Shown piece after piece: positions 41,475-50,734 of a stretch of DNA of 64,000 bases. The stretch's first letter is position 1; every line of letters starts with the position of its first letter. Both the position numbers and the translations under genes were made by a program. Source of the stretch: a virus; the IMG/VR virus record IMGVR_UViG_3300042564_003366, positions 1 to 64,000 of that record, one strand, 5' to 3'. The notes under the pieces were generated by a model. The model did not search any database, was not told the DNA's origin, and was given only the letters and a program-made list of their open reading frames with translations.

Positions 41475-42059
41475 ATGACCAATTTTATCTACACCAAAAA
41501 AAATGCAATATCTGCTAATACGTGTTATAACTTAATAAAAACATTTGAAGCGTCAGATTTAAAGCAGGCTGGTGTTTTATATGGACCGAATGGTGTATCA
41601 TCTAATAGTGATAAAAAATCAACAGATATAACTTTTGACCCATCCTTCCTAAAAAAAGAAGGATGGGCAATTTTATTAGAAGAAGTAATTGGAACAATTC
41701 AAAATGGTGTTTCAGATTATTTAAATAGGCATTCTACCGCAATGAGTAAAATGGATCCTATTGACTTATATACGTATTTCAATATGCAGAAGTATGAGCC
41801 AAATGAAGGGTTTTATGGCTGGCATTGTGAAAGAGCAGGCGTTAAGCATTCAGATAGGTTGCTAGTTTGGATGATATATTTAAATACTTTAACAGATAGA
41901 GGTGAAACAGAGTTTTTTTATCAGCAACATTTCGAAGAACCAGAGAGAGGAAAATTAGTTATTTGGCCTTCAGATTGGACACACTTACATAGAGGTGTTC
42001 CATCACCAACAGAAACAAAGTATATTTTAACAGGTTGGTTTACACACAATAAAGTATAA
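41475..42059 (+). CDS. 2OG-Fe(II) oxygenase (HxE type)
   Basis: QKYEP.EGFYGWHCE, LVWMIYLN, GETEF and WTHLHRG...KYILTGW motifs. Confidence 0.88.
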   Translation: MTNFIYTKKNAISANTCYNLIKTFEASDLKQAGVLYGPNGVSSNSDKKSTDITFDPSFLKKEGWAILLEEVIGTIQNGVSDYLNRHSTAMSKMDPIDLYTYFNMQKYEPNEGFYGWHCERAGVKHSDRLLVWMIYLNTLTDRGETEFFYQQHFEEPERGKLVIWPSDWTHLHRGVPSPTETKYILTGWFTHNKV

Positions 42060-42063
42060 AGTT

Positions 42064-42660
42064 ATGGAATTTTCAATACATGAAGAAACTTGGTTTTCAA
42101 CACCTATTTGGGAATCAGAGGTTAAAAACATAAACAATGATGAAATTAAGGATTATTGTTTATGGTTAAGGGAAAATACAAGAGGTGCGACCATTTCAAA
42201 TAGAGGTGGTTGGCATAGTAGTGAAATTGCATTACCATTACCAAGTGATTTAACAAAATTATTTAGCAATCTTGAAATATTTGTTAATGAAAACTGTTTT
42301 AAACATTTGGGCATTGACAACTTGAAGTTTGGGAATTTTTGGGTTAATATTAATACACCAGGGTCTTATAACTTATTACACGATCACCAAAATAGCATAT
42401 TATCTGGCGTGTATTATGTATCAGTTCCATTTGATAATATGGGTGATTTGGTTTTACATAGAGGCGATAATGCGGAGTATTTTTTAAAATCAGATGTGGA
42501 AAGAATTAGCACAAAAACAAACTCATTTACATCAGTTAAAAAACCTATTGAATCTTTCTTTTATATCTTTCCATCTTGGGTTAAGCATCATGTTGAATCA
42601 AATGAATCACAAGGCGAGAGAATATCAATAGCGTTTAATTTTGTACCTAATAATAAATAA
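42064..42660 (+). CDS. Putative 2OG-Fe(II) oxygenase, TIGR02466-like
   Basis: WFSTPIW, WVNIN, HDH..SILSGVYYV and FPSWVKHHVESN...RISIAFN motifs. Confidence 0.85.
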   Translation: MEFSIHEETWFSTPIWESEVKNINNDEIKDYCLWLRENTRGATISNRGGWHSSEIALPLPSDLTKLFSNLEIFVNENCFKHLGIDNLKFGNFWVNINTPGSYNLLHDHQNSILSGVYYVSVPFDNMGDLVLHRGDNAEYFLKSDVERISTKTNSFTSVKKPIESFFYIFPSWVKHHVESNESQGERISIAFNFVPNNK

Positions 42661-42663
42661 AAT

Positions 42664-43302
42664 ATGAACGCACAAGTCTATTCTTTATTTCCAACACCAT
42701 TATATGTTGCAAATTATGACAAAGATATTAAAGAAGTAATTGATTATTTTGATAAGTGTGAAATGTTGGACACAAAGAGTGGTTATGGGATGATATCAAA
42801 AAATAGTTATATATTAGATAATCCGATATGTGATGATTTGAATAAATTTCTAATGTCTTGTTTTGAAGATTTTGCAACAAACATTATGAGATATAGGTTT
42901 AAAGAATTGGCATTTGCTCAATCTTGGCTAACATACAAGAACCCAAACCAGTTTCATAAAGCCCATACACATCCAAATACATTATTGGCTGGAGTGTTCT
43001 ATTATGATGCACACGAGGATGATGCTGCAATATGCTTTTCAAAAGAAGTGAAGTCATTTAATAGATCATACTTTGAACCATCATTAATTGATGATTATCA
43101 AAATCATATTTTTTCACAAGAAGAGATATATTATATGCCAAAGAAAAATGATTTTATTATATTCCCATCATGGTTGACACATGGTGTACCACCAAATAAA
43201 ACAAATAGAGTGAGGAAGGCATTAGGTGTCAATGCTTTAACAAAAGGCACATTAGGTGATAAAGAAACCATATCAGAAATTATATTTGGAAGATACGCAT
43301 GA
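42664..43302 (+). CDS. Putative 2OG-Fe(II) oxygenase, TIGR02466-like
   Basis: LFPTPLY, HTHPNTLLAGVFY and FPSWLTHGVPPN...RKALGVN motifs. Confidence 0.85.
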   Translation: MNAQVYSLFPTPLYVANYDKDIKEVIDYFDKCEMLDTKSGYGMISKNSYILDNPICDDLNKFLMSCFEDFATNIMRYRFKELAFAQSWLTYKNPNQFHKAHTHPNTLLAGVFYYDAHEDDAAICFSKEVKSFNRSYFEPSLIDDYQNHIFSQEEIYYMPKKNDFIIFPSWLTHGVPPNKTNRVRKALGVNALTKGTLGDKETISEIIFGRYA

Positions 43303-44117
43303 AACAAAAGATATTTTTTAATTCAACATTACCGAGAAGTGGTAGTACATTACTTCAAAATTTGCTGGGACAAAATCCTGAATTCTTTGTAACTCCGACA
43401 TCAGGTCTAATTGATTTGATGTTAGGAGCAAGAATAGGTTATAATCAAAACTATGAATCAAAAGCAGGTGATACAGAAATGTGGAGAGAAGGCTTTTATA
43501 AGTTTTGCTCATATGGAATTGATGGATATATAAAATCACAAACATCAAAACCATATTATTTGGATAAGAATAGAGTTTGGGCATTTTACTACAATTTATT
43601 AACGCATATTGTAGAAAAACCAAAAGTATTGTACATGGTTAGAGATTTACCATCCATCTTCGCTTCAATGGAGAAGAAGTTTAGAATGAATCCTGACAAA
43701 GATGACGGAACCATGGATAATGTAAAGATGAAAGGAACTACAACACATAAGAGAGTTGAATTATGGGCTCAATCACATCCTGTAGGTTACTCATTAGAAA
43801 AATTATATCAGACTTTGCTGGATGGTACAGCAAGTAATTTTTTATTTATAAGATACGAAGATTTATGTATTAATCCAGAAAATGTTATGAAAAGCATCTA
43901 TCAATATTTGGAGTTGGATGAATTTAAACATAATTTCCAACATATAAATCAAGTTACAACTGAAAATGATGCAATACATGGAATATATGGAGACCACATC
44001 ATAAGGAATTCTCTTAAAATGTTGCCAAATGATTCGAAAGAAATATTAGGAACACATACCGTAGATTTGATTAAGGAAAATTATAAATGGTATTATGATT
44101 TCTTTGGGTATAAATAA
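43299..44117 (+). CDS. PAPS-dependent sulfotransferase
   Basis: 5'-PSB loop LPRSGSTLL, LDKNR, 3'-PB motif VRDLPSIFAS and RYEDL...P. Confidence 0.88.
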   Translation: MKQKIFFNSTLPRSGSTLLQNLLGQNPEFFVTPTSGLIDLMLGARIGYNQNYESKAGDTEMWREGFYKFCSYGIDGYIKSQTSKPYYLDKNRVWAFYYNLLTHIVEKPKVLYMVRDLPSIFASMEKKFRMNPDKDDGTMDNVKMKGTTTHKRVELWAQSHPVGYSLEKLYQTLLDGTASNFLFIRYEDLCINPENVMKSIYQYLELDEFKHNFQHINQVTTENDAIHGIYGDHIIRNSLKMLPNDSKEILGTHTVDLIKENYKWYYDFFGYK

Positions 44118-44130
44118 AGTTGGGAGAGGA

Positions 44131-44138
44131 TATTTATA
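44131..44138 (+). promoter_or_regulatory. Putative late promoter TATTTATA
   Basis: 15 nt upstream of ATG 44154. Confidence 0.55.
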
Positions 44139-44153
44139 ATAAAGTAAATTAGT

Positions 44154-45092
44154 ATGGCAAAATTACAGAGTAGTGAAATAGTAGGAGTAGCAAATAGACC
44201 TGCAACAATATGTTCAAATACGATGTGCATTTGGTTTGACACAACTAATTTAAAAACGGTTATTTCCTATTGTGGTTATGGAGCAGGTACTTGGTCAGCA
44301 GGAGGTGCATTAATAATTGCAAGAGCATATTTTGGTGGAACAGGAACTCAGAATGAATCTTTAGTAGCAGGAGGTTCAGGTGTAACTGGAGATGCATCAT
44401 GTACAGAAGAATATAATGGAACATCATGGGCAGCAGGAGGTGGTCTTATAACAACAAGATATCATCATGCTTTATTAGGTACACAAAACGAGGGTCTTGC
44501 GGTAGGAGGATATGCTTATCCAACACCTGCGGTAAGATGTACAGAAGAGTATAATGGCACATCATGGTCAGCAGGGGGTGCTTTGATATCAGGAAATTGG
44601 CTGATTATGGGAGCAGGCACACAGAACGTTGGGCTTGTTGCTGGAAACGCATGTACTGAAGAATATAACGGTGCTTCTTGGTCGGTAGGAGGTGCTATGA
44701 TTGTAAATAGGAATTATTTAACAGGAGGTGGTACACAAAACGAGGCTTTTGCATCAGGTGGGGGTGGGCCAGTAAATTGTACTGAAGAATACAATGGTAT
44801 TTCTTGGTCAGCAGGTGGGGCAATGATAACTGCAAGGTATAATTTAGAAGGTAGTGGTGCTCAGAATGCGGGTATTGTAGCGGGAGGTATATCAAGTACA
44901 TGGCTATCTTGTACAGAAGAGTACAACGGTAACTCTTGGTCAGCAGCTTCAGCAATTTCAACAGCTAAAAGAGGTTTAGCGGTTTCAGGTACACAACAAT
45001 CAGCTTTAGCAACAGGAGGTGTATCTAGTCAGTATTGGGGGGATACACAAGAATATAACAAATCATTCACAATAATAGATAGCATTCAATAG
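44154..45092 (+). CDS. Six-bladed Kelch-like beta-propeller protein, paralogue 1
   Basis: Six W..GG.(L/M)I..R....G.GTQN......GG...CTEEYNG repeats with the Kelch GG...E.Y....W pattern. Confidence 0.8.
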   Translation: MAKLQSSEIVGVANRPATICSNTMCIWFDTTNLKTVISYCGYGAGTWSAGGALIIARAYFGGTGTQNESLVAGGSGVTGDASCTEEYNGTSWAAGGGLITTRYHHALLGTQNEGLAVGGYAYPTPAVRCTEEYNGTSWSAGGALISGNWLIMGAGTQNVGLVAGNACTEEYNGASWSVGGAMIVNRNYLTGGGTQNEAFASGGGGPVNCTEEYNGISWSAGGAMITARYNLEGSGAQNAGIVAGGISSTWLSCTEEYNGNSWSAASAISTAKRGLAVSGTQQSALATGGVSSQYWGDTQEYNKSFTIIDSIQ

Positions 45093-45104
45093 ATATAATA
45101 CAAT

Positions 45105-46055
45105 ATGGCAAAATTACAAAGTACAGAGATAGTAGGTGTTGCAAATAGACCTGCAACAATATGTTCCAATAGTGTTTGTATGTGGTTTGATACTACTAAT
45201 ACTAAAATAGTTTTTTCATATTGTGGGTATAGTGGTGCAGGTGTCTGGTCAACGGGAGGTGCATTAATAATAGGAAGACAATCTTTAACAGGCGCAGGTA
45301 CTCAAAATGTGGGATTAGCTATGGGTGGTTTTTCAAATGCAGGGGTTGTTTCTTGTACAGAAGAATACAATGGCACATCTTGGTCAGCAGGAGGTGCTTT
45401 GATAACAGGAAGATATGATGGGGGAGGATTAGGAACTCAAAATGAGGGATTAGCCGTAGGAGGTACTACAAATACAGGTGCTGTTTCATGTACAGAAGAA
45501 TATAATGGCACATCTTGGTCAGCAGGTGGCGCACTTATAATAGGAAGATTTTATTTAGCAGGGGCAGGAACTCAAAATGAGGGATTAGTTATGGGAGGGT
45601 TTTCATCTTTGCGATGTACTGAAGAATATAATGGTACAAGTTGGGCAGTAGGCGGTATATTAATAACGGGAAGACATCATATAGCAGGTGCAGGAACTCA
45701 AAATGTGGGGTTAGCTATGGGGGGGGTAACATTATCATGTACTGAAGAATATAATGGCACATCTTGGTCAGTGGGTGGTGCAATGATAATAGCAAGAAGA
45801 GGTTTAGCAGGGGCAGGAACTCAAAATGAGGGATTAGCTATGGGAGGGCAAACCCCTTCATTTGTATCTTGTACAGAAGAATATAATGGTACAAGTTGGT
45901 CAGCAGCTGGTGTGTTAGCAACAGCAAGATATAACTTAGGAGGGGCAGGTACACAGTGTGCAGGACTTGCTATTGGAGGAAATGCTACGGGTAATAGAGT
46001 TGGAAACACAGAAGAATACACTAAACCATTAGCAATAATAGACTGTATTAAATAG
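45105..46055 (+). CDS. Six-bladed Kelch-like beta-propeller protein, paralogue 2
   Basis: Same N-terminus MAKLQS.E.VGVANRPATIC and six repeats. Confidence 0.8.
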   Translation: MAKLQSTEIVGVANRPATICSNSVCMWFDTTNTKIVFSYCGYSGAGVWSTGGALIIGRQSLTGAGTQNVGLAMGGFSNAGVVSCTEEYNGTSWSAGGALITGRYDGGGLGTQNEGLAVGGTTNTGAVSCTEEYNGTSWSAGGALIIGRFYLAGAGTQNEGLVMGGFSSLRCTEEYNGTSWAVGGILITGRHHIAGAGTQNVGLAMGGVTLSCTEEYNGTSWSVGGAMIIARRGLAGAGTQNEGLAMGGQTPSFVSCTEEYNGTSWSAAGVLATARYNLGGAGTQCAGLAIGGNATGNRVGNTEEYTKPLAIIDCIK

Positions 46056-46065
46056 AATATACAAT

Positions 46066-47037
46066 ATGGCAAAATTACAGAGTAGTGAAGTTGTTGGAGT
46101 AGCAAATAGACCTGCAACAATATGTGTAAATACGGTATGTTTATGGTATGATACTACTAATTTAAAACCAATGGCATCTTATTGTAGTAGGAGTGGAGCA
46201 GGTGTCTGGTCAGCAGGAGGTGCGTTGATAACAGGAAGAAGAGAATCTGGTGGTGGAGGTGCTCAAAACGAGGCGTTTATAGTTGGTGGTTATATTAATA
46301 CACATCTTACGTGTACAGAAGAATATAATGGAACATCATGGGCAGCAGGGGGTGGTCTTATAACATCAAGATACACTTTAGCTGGTGCAGGTTCACAGAA
46401 TGTTGGGTTAGCTATTGGTGGATATACAACTGGGTATGTTGGTTGCACAGAAGAATATAACGGCACATCGTGGACAGCAGGTGGAGCATTAATTACTGTA
46501 ATTGGTTATCAAGCAGCAGCAGGGACACAAAACGAAGCGGTTATAGGTGGTGGATATAACCAAACTCCAAGTGGTGGACCTAGAGTTTGTACCCAAGAGT
46601 ATAACGGTACAAGTTGGTCAACAAGTAATAATATGATAACCGCAAGATATGTTCTTTCTGGAATGGGTACACAGAACTCTGGACTTGCTGCTGCTGGTTA
46701 TTCAACCGCTTGTACTAGTTGTACTGAGGAGTATAATGGAACATCATGGTCAGTAGGGGGTGCATTAATAAATTCAAGGTGGGCTTCTGCGGGTGCTGGA
46801 ACACAGAACGAGGGGTTAATTATGGCTGGTTGGATAGGTTCGCCAATATCATGTACAGAAGAATATAATGGGAATAGTTGGACTACCGCAAACCCGACTA
46901 TTGTTGCAAGAGCGACTTATTGGGGGGCTGGTAGTCAAGGTAGTGCTTTAATAGGCGGTGGTTATACGCCAACGCATGTTTCTTGCACCGAAGAATACCT
47001 AAAATCATCATACACAATAGTAGATTGTATCTTATAA
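46066..47037 (+). CDS. Six-bladed Kelch-like beta-propeller protein, paralogue 3
   Basis: Same N-terminus, six repeats, C-terminal TIVDCIL. Confidence 0.8.
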   Translation: MAKLQSSEVVGVANRPATICVNTVCLWYDTTNLKPMASYCSRSGAGVWSAGGALITGRRESGGGGAQNEAFIVGGYINTHLTCTEEYNGTSWAAGGGLITSRYTLAGAGSQNVGLAIGGYTTGYVGCTEEYNGTSWTAGGALITVIGYQAAAGTQNEAVIGGGYNQTPSGGPRVCTQEYNGTSWSTSNNMITARYVLSGMGTQNSGLAAAGYSTACTSCTEEYNGTSWSVGGALINSRWASAGAGTQNEGLIMAGWIGSPISCTEEYNGNSWTTANPTIVARATYWGAGSQGSALIGGGYTPTHVSCTEEYLKSSYTIVDCIL

Positions 47038-47065
47038 TTTACATACAACAAAAAATAGTTTTAAT

Positions 47066-47941
47066 ATGAATAAATACATTGTTTGGCACATTCAAGGTGG
47101 ATTAGGAAAGAATGTTGCAGCAACAGGATTACCAAAGACAATAAAAGAAGTATATAGTGACAGAAAACTTATAATGGTTGTATCGTATCCCGAAGTTTTC
47201 CTAAACAATCCTTATGTTGATAGGGTTTACCCATTAGGTAATTGCCCCTACTTTTACGAGGATTTTATAGAGAATAAGGATACCCTTGTTTTTAGGCATG
47301 AGCCGTATCATCAGACAGGACACATACACAAGACAAAGCATTTAATAAGTAATTGGTGTGACTTACTTGGAATAGAATACAGCAATCAAATACCTCAATT
47401 ATATCCTAATTACTCAGAAAAGATAAATGCGAAGAAATGGTTTAGGGATAAGCCAGTTGTGATATTGCAGACATCTGGTGGAGAGTTAGAATCAAAGAAT
47501 ATATATTCGTGGTGTAGGGATATGCCACAAGATATTGCACAAATGGTTGTGGATAAGTATAAGGATTCACATAATATATTTCACATAACGAGGCAAGGGG
47601 GTTATGTTTTGAATGGTGTGGAGAGGGTTGATATGAAGTTATCCAATATGGAGTTATTTGGTATGTTGACCGTATCATCAAAGAGATTTTTGATTGATTC
47701 ATCTTTGCAACATGCAGCGGTTGCGATTAATTTACCATCGGTAGTATTTTGGGTTGGAACATCCCCCCAGGTTTTTGGTTATGGTATTCATACAAATATT
47801 GTGGCGAACAAGATTAACAATAAGAATCATTTGATTGGATCTTATTTATTTGATTTCCAGTTTGATTACAATATTTATGAGTGTCCGTATAGCAGTTTGG
47901 AGGAGATGTTTGATTTGGAGAAGGTGGTTAGTGTGTTATAG
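47066..47941 (+). CDS. GT-B glycosyltransferase, GT9 (heptosyltransferase)-like
   Basis: GGLGKNVAAT, EVFLNNPYVDRVY and IDSSLQHAAVAINLPSVVFW..TSP..FGY resemble GT9 motifs. Confidence 0.7.
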   Translation: MNKYIVWHIQGGLGKNVAATGLPKTIKEVYSDRKLIMVVSYPEVFLNNPYVDRVYPLGNCPYFYEDFIENKDTLVFRHEPYHQTGHIHKTKHLISNWCDLLGIEYSNQIPQLYPNYSEKINAKKWFRDKPVVILQTSGGELESKNIYSWCRDMPQDIAQMVVDKYKDSHNIFHITRQGGYVLNGVERVDMKLSNMELFGMLTVSSKRFLIDSSLQHAAVAINLPSVVFWVGTSPQVFGYGIHTNIVANKINNKNHLIGSYLFDFQFDYNIYECPYSSLEEMFDLEKVVSVL

Positions 47942-50635
47942 TAGGTGTTTTATTTCATTTATCACATCTTGTGTTGTAATGCTTTTTTGGCATTCGTGTT
48001 GTCTTGGTGTATCTTTATGTATTGGGCACCAGTTCCAATCACCTTTATCGAACTTAAAGTTGGGGTTTGACCAACAGGAGTTGCAAACATTATGATTATA
48101 TATTCTAATGCAATTTGTTTTAAATTCGTGGTTTACGTCTGAGAAATTTCCAATAACGGCTGTTTGTTTGTTTAATGCCCAAGATAGCCAACTTAGACCA
48201 CTTGCAAGACCGATGAAGAATTCTGAATGGTGAATATAATTCATTACATTTTGTATATTATAATTGGTTGGGGTTAAGGCGTTTTTGACGTTGTTTCCTT
48301 CTTTGGAAACATTAACAACGGTATAATTTAATTTATTTAAGTATTCTGTTAATTCATTCCATCCATTTGGATATTGCCAGAATTTAAGCGCAGCGGTTGA
48401 ATCGGTGGCTATTGTTATGTATTTTTCTTTTAAGGGTCGTGGTGAGGCTTCTAGGTGGGTAATTGGTCTTATTTCTTTGTGTTCCAATCCTAGAATATTT
48501 GTTGCTGCCATTTGTAATGGTATGGTATTTGGCAATATGGGTTCCATATCAGGGTTGTAGAACCATCCTAGTGCATATTTTGCATATATGTTATGAACAA
48601 CTTTGCCTGGGGTTGTAAATTCAATATCTGGGTATGTTTTTTCAAATAATTCATTCCAGAATGTTGAGGTGATAACATGACAATTATGTTTATCTTTAAA
48701 TTCTTTGATATAAGGCATCCAAGCTACGGTATCTCCCAATGATTTTGAATCCATTGCAATATAAACCCTTTTGTTTTGGAAAGATATTGGGATGATTTCA
48801 GTTTTGTTATTTTGTGTTATGGATATTTCCCAATCAATAAAGTATTTTTTTGATGCTCTTGCCCAATTATTTCTTCCAATATTTGTTGTATATATAATAT
48901 TATTTGTTTTCTTATCTTTAAATGATATATCATATCTTACATTTGGTCCCCCCTTTATTTCAACAAATGGACCATCAATAAAATGGCAAATAATGGTTGG
49001 AGTTGCCACAGTTTTGTCAACTTGGTAAATATCATAAGATGCAAAATGGTGAACGCCTTCCAAATCAAATAAGGTTTTTGTTGGGGTATTGGTATCATTT
49101 ATTTTAAAATTATGAGCATTTAAGGTTTCATATGTTTTTAATTCAAACATTTTGAAATTTTCATAAAATGATTCTTTTGATTGGAATAAATTAAAATATT
49201 GAAGCATCGGGTTAATATTCCCCGAGAAGAAATTTGTTCTATAACCCATATCATCATTTGGATAAAATTTAAAATCAAAATCATCCAATATGTTATAATG
49301 ATTTGTTAATGTGTTTTTGTCTGGGATAACATCATAATTTATGATATGAATTTTCTTTTTATTTAATCCATTTGCCAATAATAATCCTTGTTGGATTAAT
49401 TTATATACCGCATAACTATGTTCAAACGGCATTGGATATTCATCTTTTTGATTTGTTTTGGGATTTAATACCCATCTATTGAATATAACATTGTGTGTTT
49501 CATATTCTGATGCCATTAATATGGGATTATCTTGGGAATACAGTACATAATCACAAGATTGTTGAATTTGGTCATCAACGGGGAAATTGCAAGATAATAT
49601 AATATCAGTATCAATTGAGGATAGGCAACGTTGTAGAAGATTTTGTCTTGATAAGTTATTGCAATGAGCCAGAACGATTGTTATTTCATCTTCTTTCTTA
49701 TCATTATTTTCATTTAATAAATCAATTAATATTTGTTTATTTTCAATTGGATTATCTGTTGAATATCTTGCCCTTTTATCGTAATACCCTTCATAAGTTT
49801 CAAGATCCTTTGTTATTAACTTTAAATTATGTGCCAAAGCCTCTTTTAAGGATATTGGGTTTAATTCAAATTTTGATGGAAAATAGAATAAATCAGCAGC
49901 AGCGTAATAATCATAGGTATTATCCTTTTCCCCGTGCATAATGCAATTGGATGGCAAGGTGCTTAATAATGGTTTCCAATAATGTTCAAAATTGCCAGCC
50001 ATATTGCCAACAAAGTGAAATAATATATTTTCATTTGCGCATAGTTTCGCCACCTCGATAATCTCACCTTGGTTTTTTCCTTCCGTAAATAAGCCAACAT
50101 GAAGAACATGTTTGAATTTGGGATCAAAACCCAATTTCTCTTGTGCCAGAAGTTTATTTGATTTTATTTTTGGAACGGGGTATTCCCATATTGTATTTGG
50201 GGTGTTTAATGAATTGAATTTCTTTTTGCTCCATTCTGACACCAAAATGTATTTATCTGGTTGGTATCTAATATCATTTGGATTTGTGAATGAGCCGTGG
50301 GTGGTTACAAATATGTTATAAGGTCTATCTTCGATAAATATTTTATCCAAAATGGAATCTGGTAAATCAAATTCTGGAATTTCTTGGAAATGAATTATGT
50401 CTGGGGAAATATCATTAATGATATCAAGTATTTTTTCTTTATTTTCGGGTAAGGTATATACTGTAACTAGTTCTTTTATTTTGTTTTTCTGAACAACATA
50501 ATCATTTGTTACATTTTTTATTTCAATAACTGATATGTTATATTTTTTCTGAAAATAATTAATTTGTGTTAATAAATATTGGGGCAATCCACCAGTTGAT
50601 AAGTGTGGTGTTATGAATAAAAGTTTTTCTTTCAT
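47936..50635 (-). CDS. Multidomain glycosyltransferase: GT4-like N-terminus, central unknown domain, TibC/Aah-like protein O-heptosyltransferase C-terminus
   Basis: PHLSTGG.PQY, HVGLFTEGKNQ and FPSKFELNPISLKEA (Ex7E); C-terminal SLGDTVAW.PY, FIGLASGLSWL.WA and CNSCW...WCP...ECQKSIT four-Cys motif. ATG 50635 is preferred to TTG 50674. Confidence 0.82.
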   Translation of the reverse strand: MKEKLLFITPHLSTGGLPQYLLTQINYFQKKYNISVIEIKNVTNDYVVQKNKIKELVTVYTLPENKEKILDIINDISPDIIHFQEIPEFDLPDSILDKIFIEDRPYNIFVTTHGSFTNPNDIRYQPDKYILVSEWSKKKFNSLNTPNTIWEYPVPKIKSNKLLAQEKLGFDPKFKHVLHVGLFTEGKNQGEIIEVAKLCANENILFHFVGNMAGNFEHYWKPLLSTLPSNCIMHGEKDNTYDYYAAADLFYFPSKFELNPISLKEALAHNLKLITKDLETYEGYYDKRARYSTDNPIENKQILIDLLNENNDKKEDEITIVLAHCNNLSRQNLLQRCLSSIDTDIILSCNFPVDDQIQQSCDYVLYSQDNPILMASEYETHNVIFNRWVLNPKTNQKDEYPMPFEHSYAVYKLIQQGLLLANGLNKKKIHIINYDVIPDKNTLTNHYNILDDFDFKFYPNDDMGYRTNFFSGNINPMLQYFNLFQSKESFYENFKMFELKTYETLNAHNFKINDTNTPTKTLFDLEGVHHFASYDIYQVDKTVATPTIICHFIDGPFVEIKGGPNVRYDISFKDKKTNNIIYTTNIGRNNWARASKKYFIDWEISITQNNKTEIIPISFQNKRVYIAMDSKSLGDTVAWMPYIKEFKDKHNCHVITSTFWNELFEKTYPDIEFTTPGKVVHNIYAKYALGWFYNPDMEPILPNTIPLQMAATNILGLEHKEIRPITHLEASPRPLKEKYITIATDSTAALKFWQYPNGWNELTEYLNKLNYTVVNVSKEGNNVKNALTPTNYNIQNVMNYIHHSEFFIGLASGLSWLSWALNKQTAVIGNFSDVNHEFKTNCIRIYNHNVCNSCWSNPNFKFDKGDWNWCPIHKDTPRQHECQKSITTQDVINEIKHLL

Positions 50636-50705
50636 TTTTATAAGTAAAATAACATTTTTTTTTGCTAAAATCAATATTTTATATGTAATAAATCAAAATA
50701 TTTGT

Positions 50706-50713
50706 TATTTATA
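50706..50713 (+). promoter_or_regulatory. Putative late promoter TATTTATA
   Basis: 21 nt upstream of ATG 50735, in the divergent intergenic region. Confidence 0.4.
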
Positions 50714-50734
50714 TGAAATAGTAAAGTAAGTTTA

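Noticed and set aside
44109-44116. T4-type TATAAATA late promoters on + (also 37048-37055)
   Set aside because: Both coincide with Tyr-Lys-stop codons at gene ends and show no fixed spacing to starts, unlike TATTTATA.
37950-47037. Diversity-generating retroelement acting on the Kelch repeats
   Set aside because: No reverse transcriptase in the window and no non-coding template repeat. Differences between copies include indels and all four bases rather than adenine-specific changes.
44154-47037. CRISPR-like array (recurring TGTACAGAAGAATATAATGG with variable intervening sequence)
   Set aside because: The repeats are in-frame protein blades of about 115-145 nt period with synonymous variation, and there are no cas genes.
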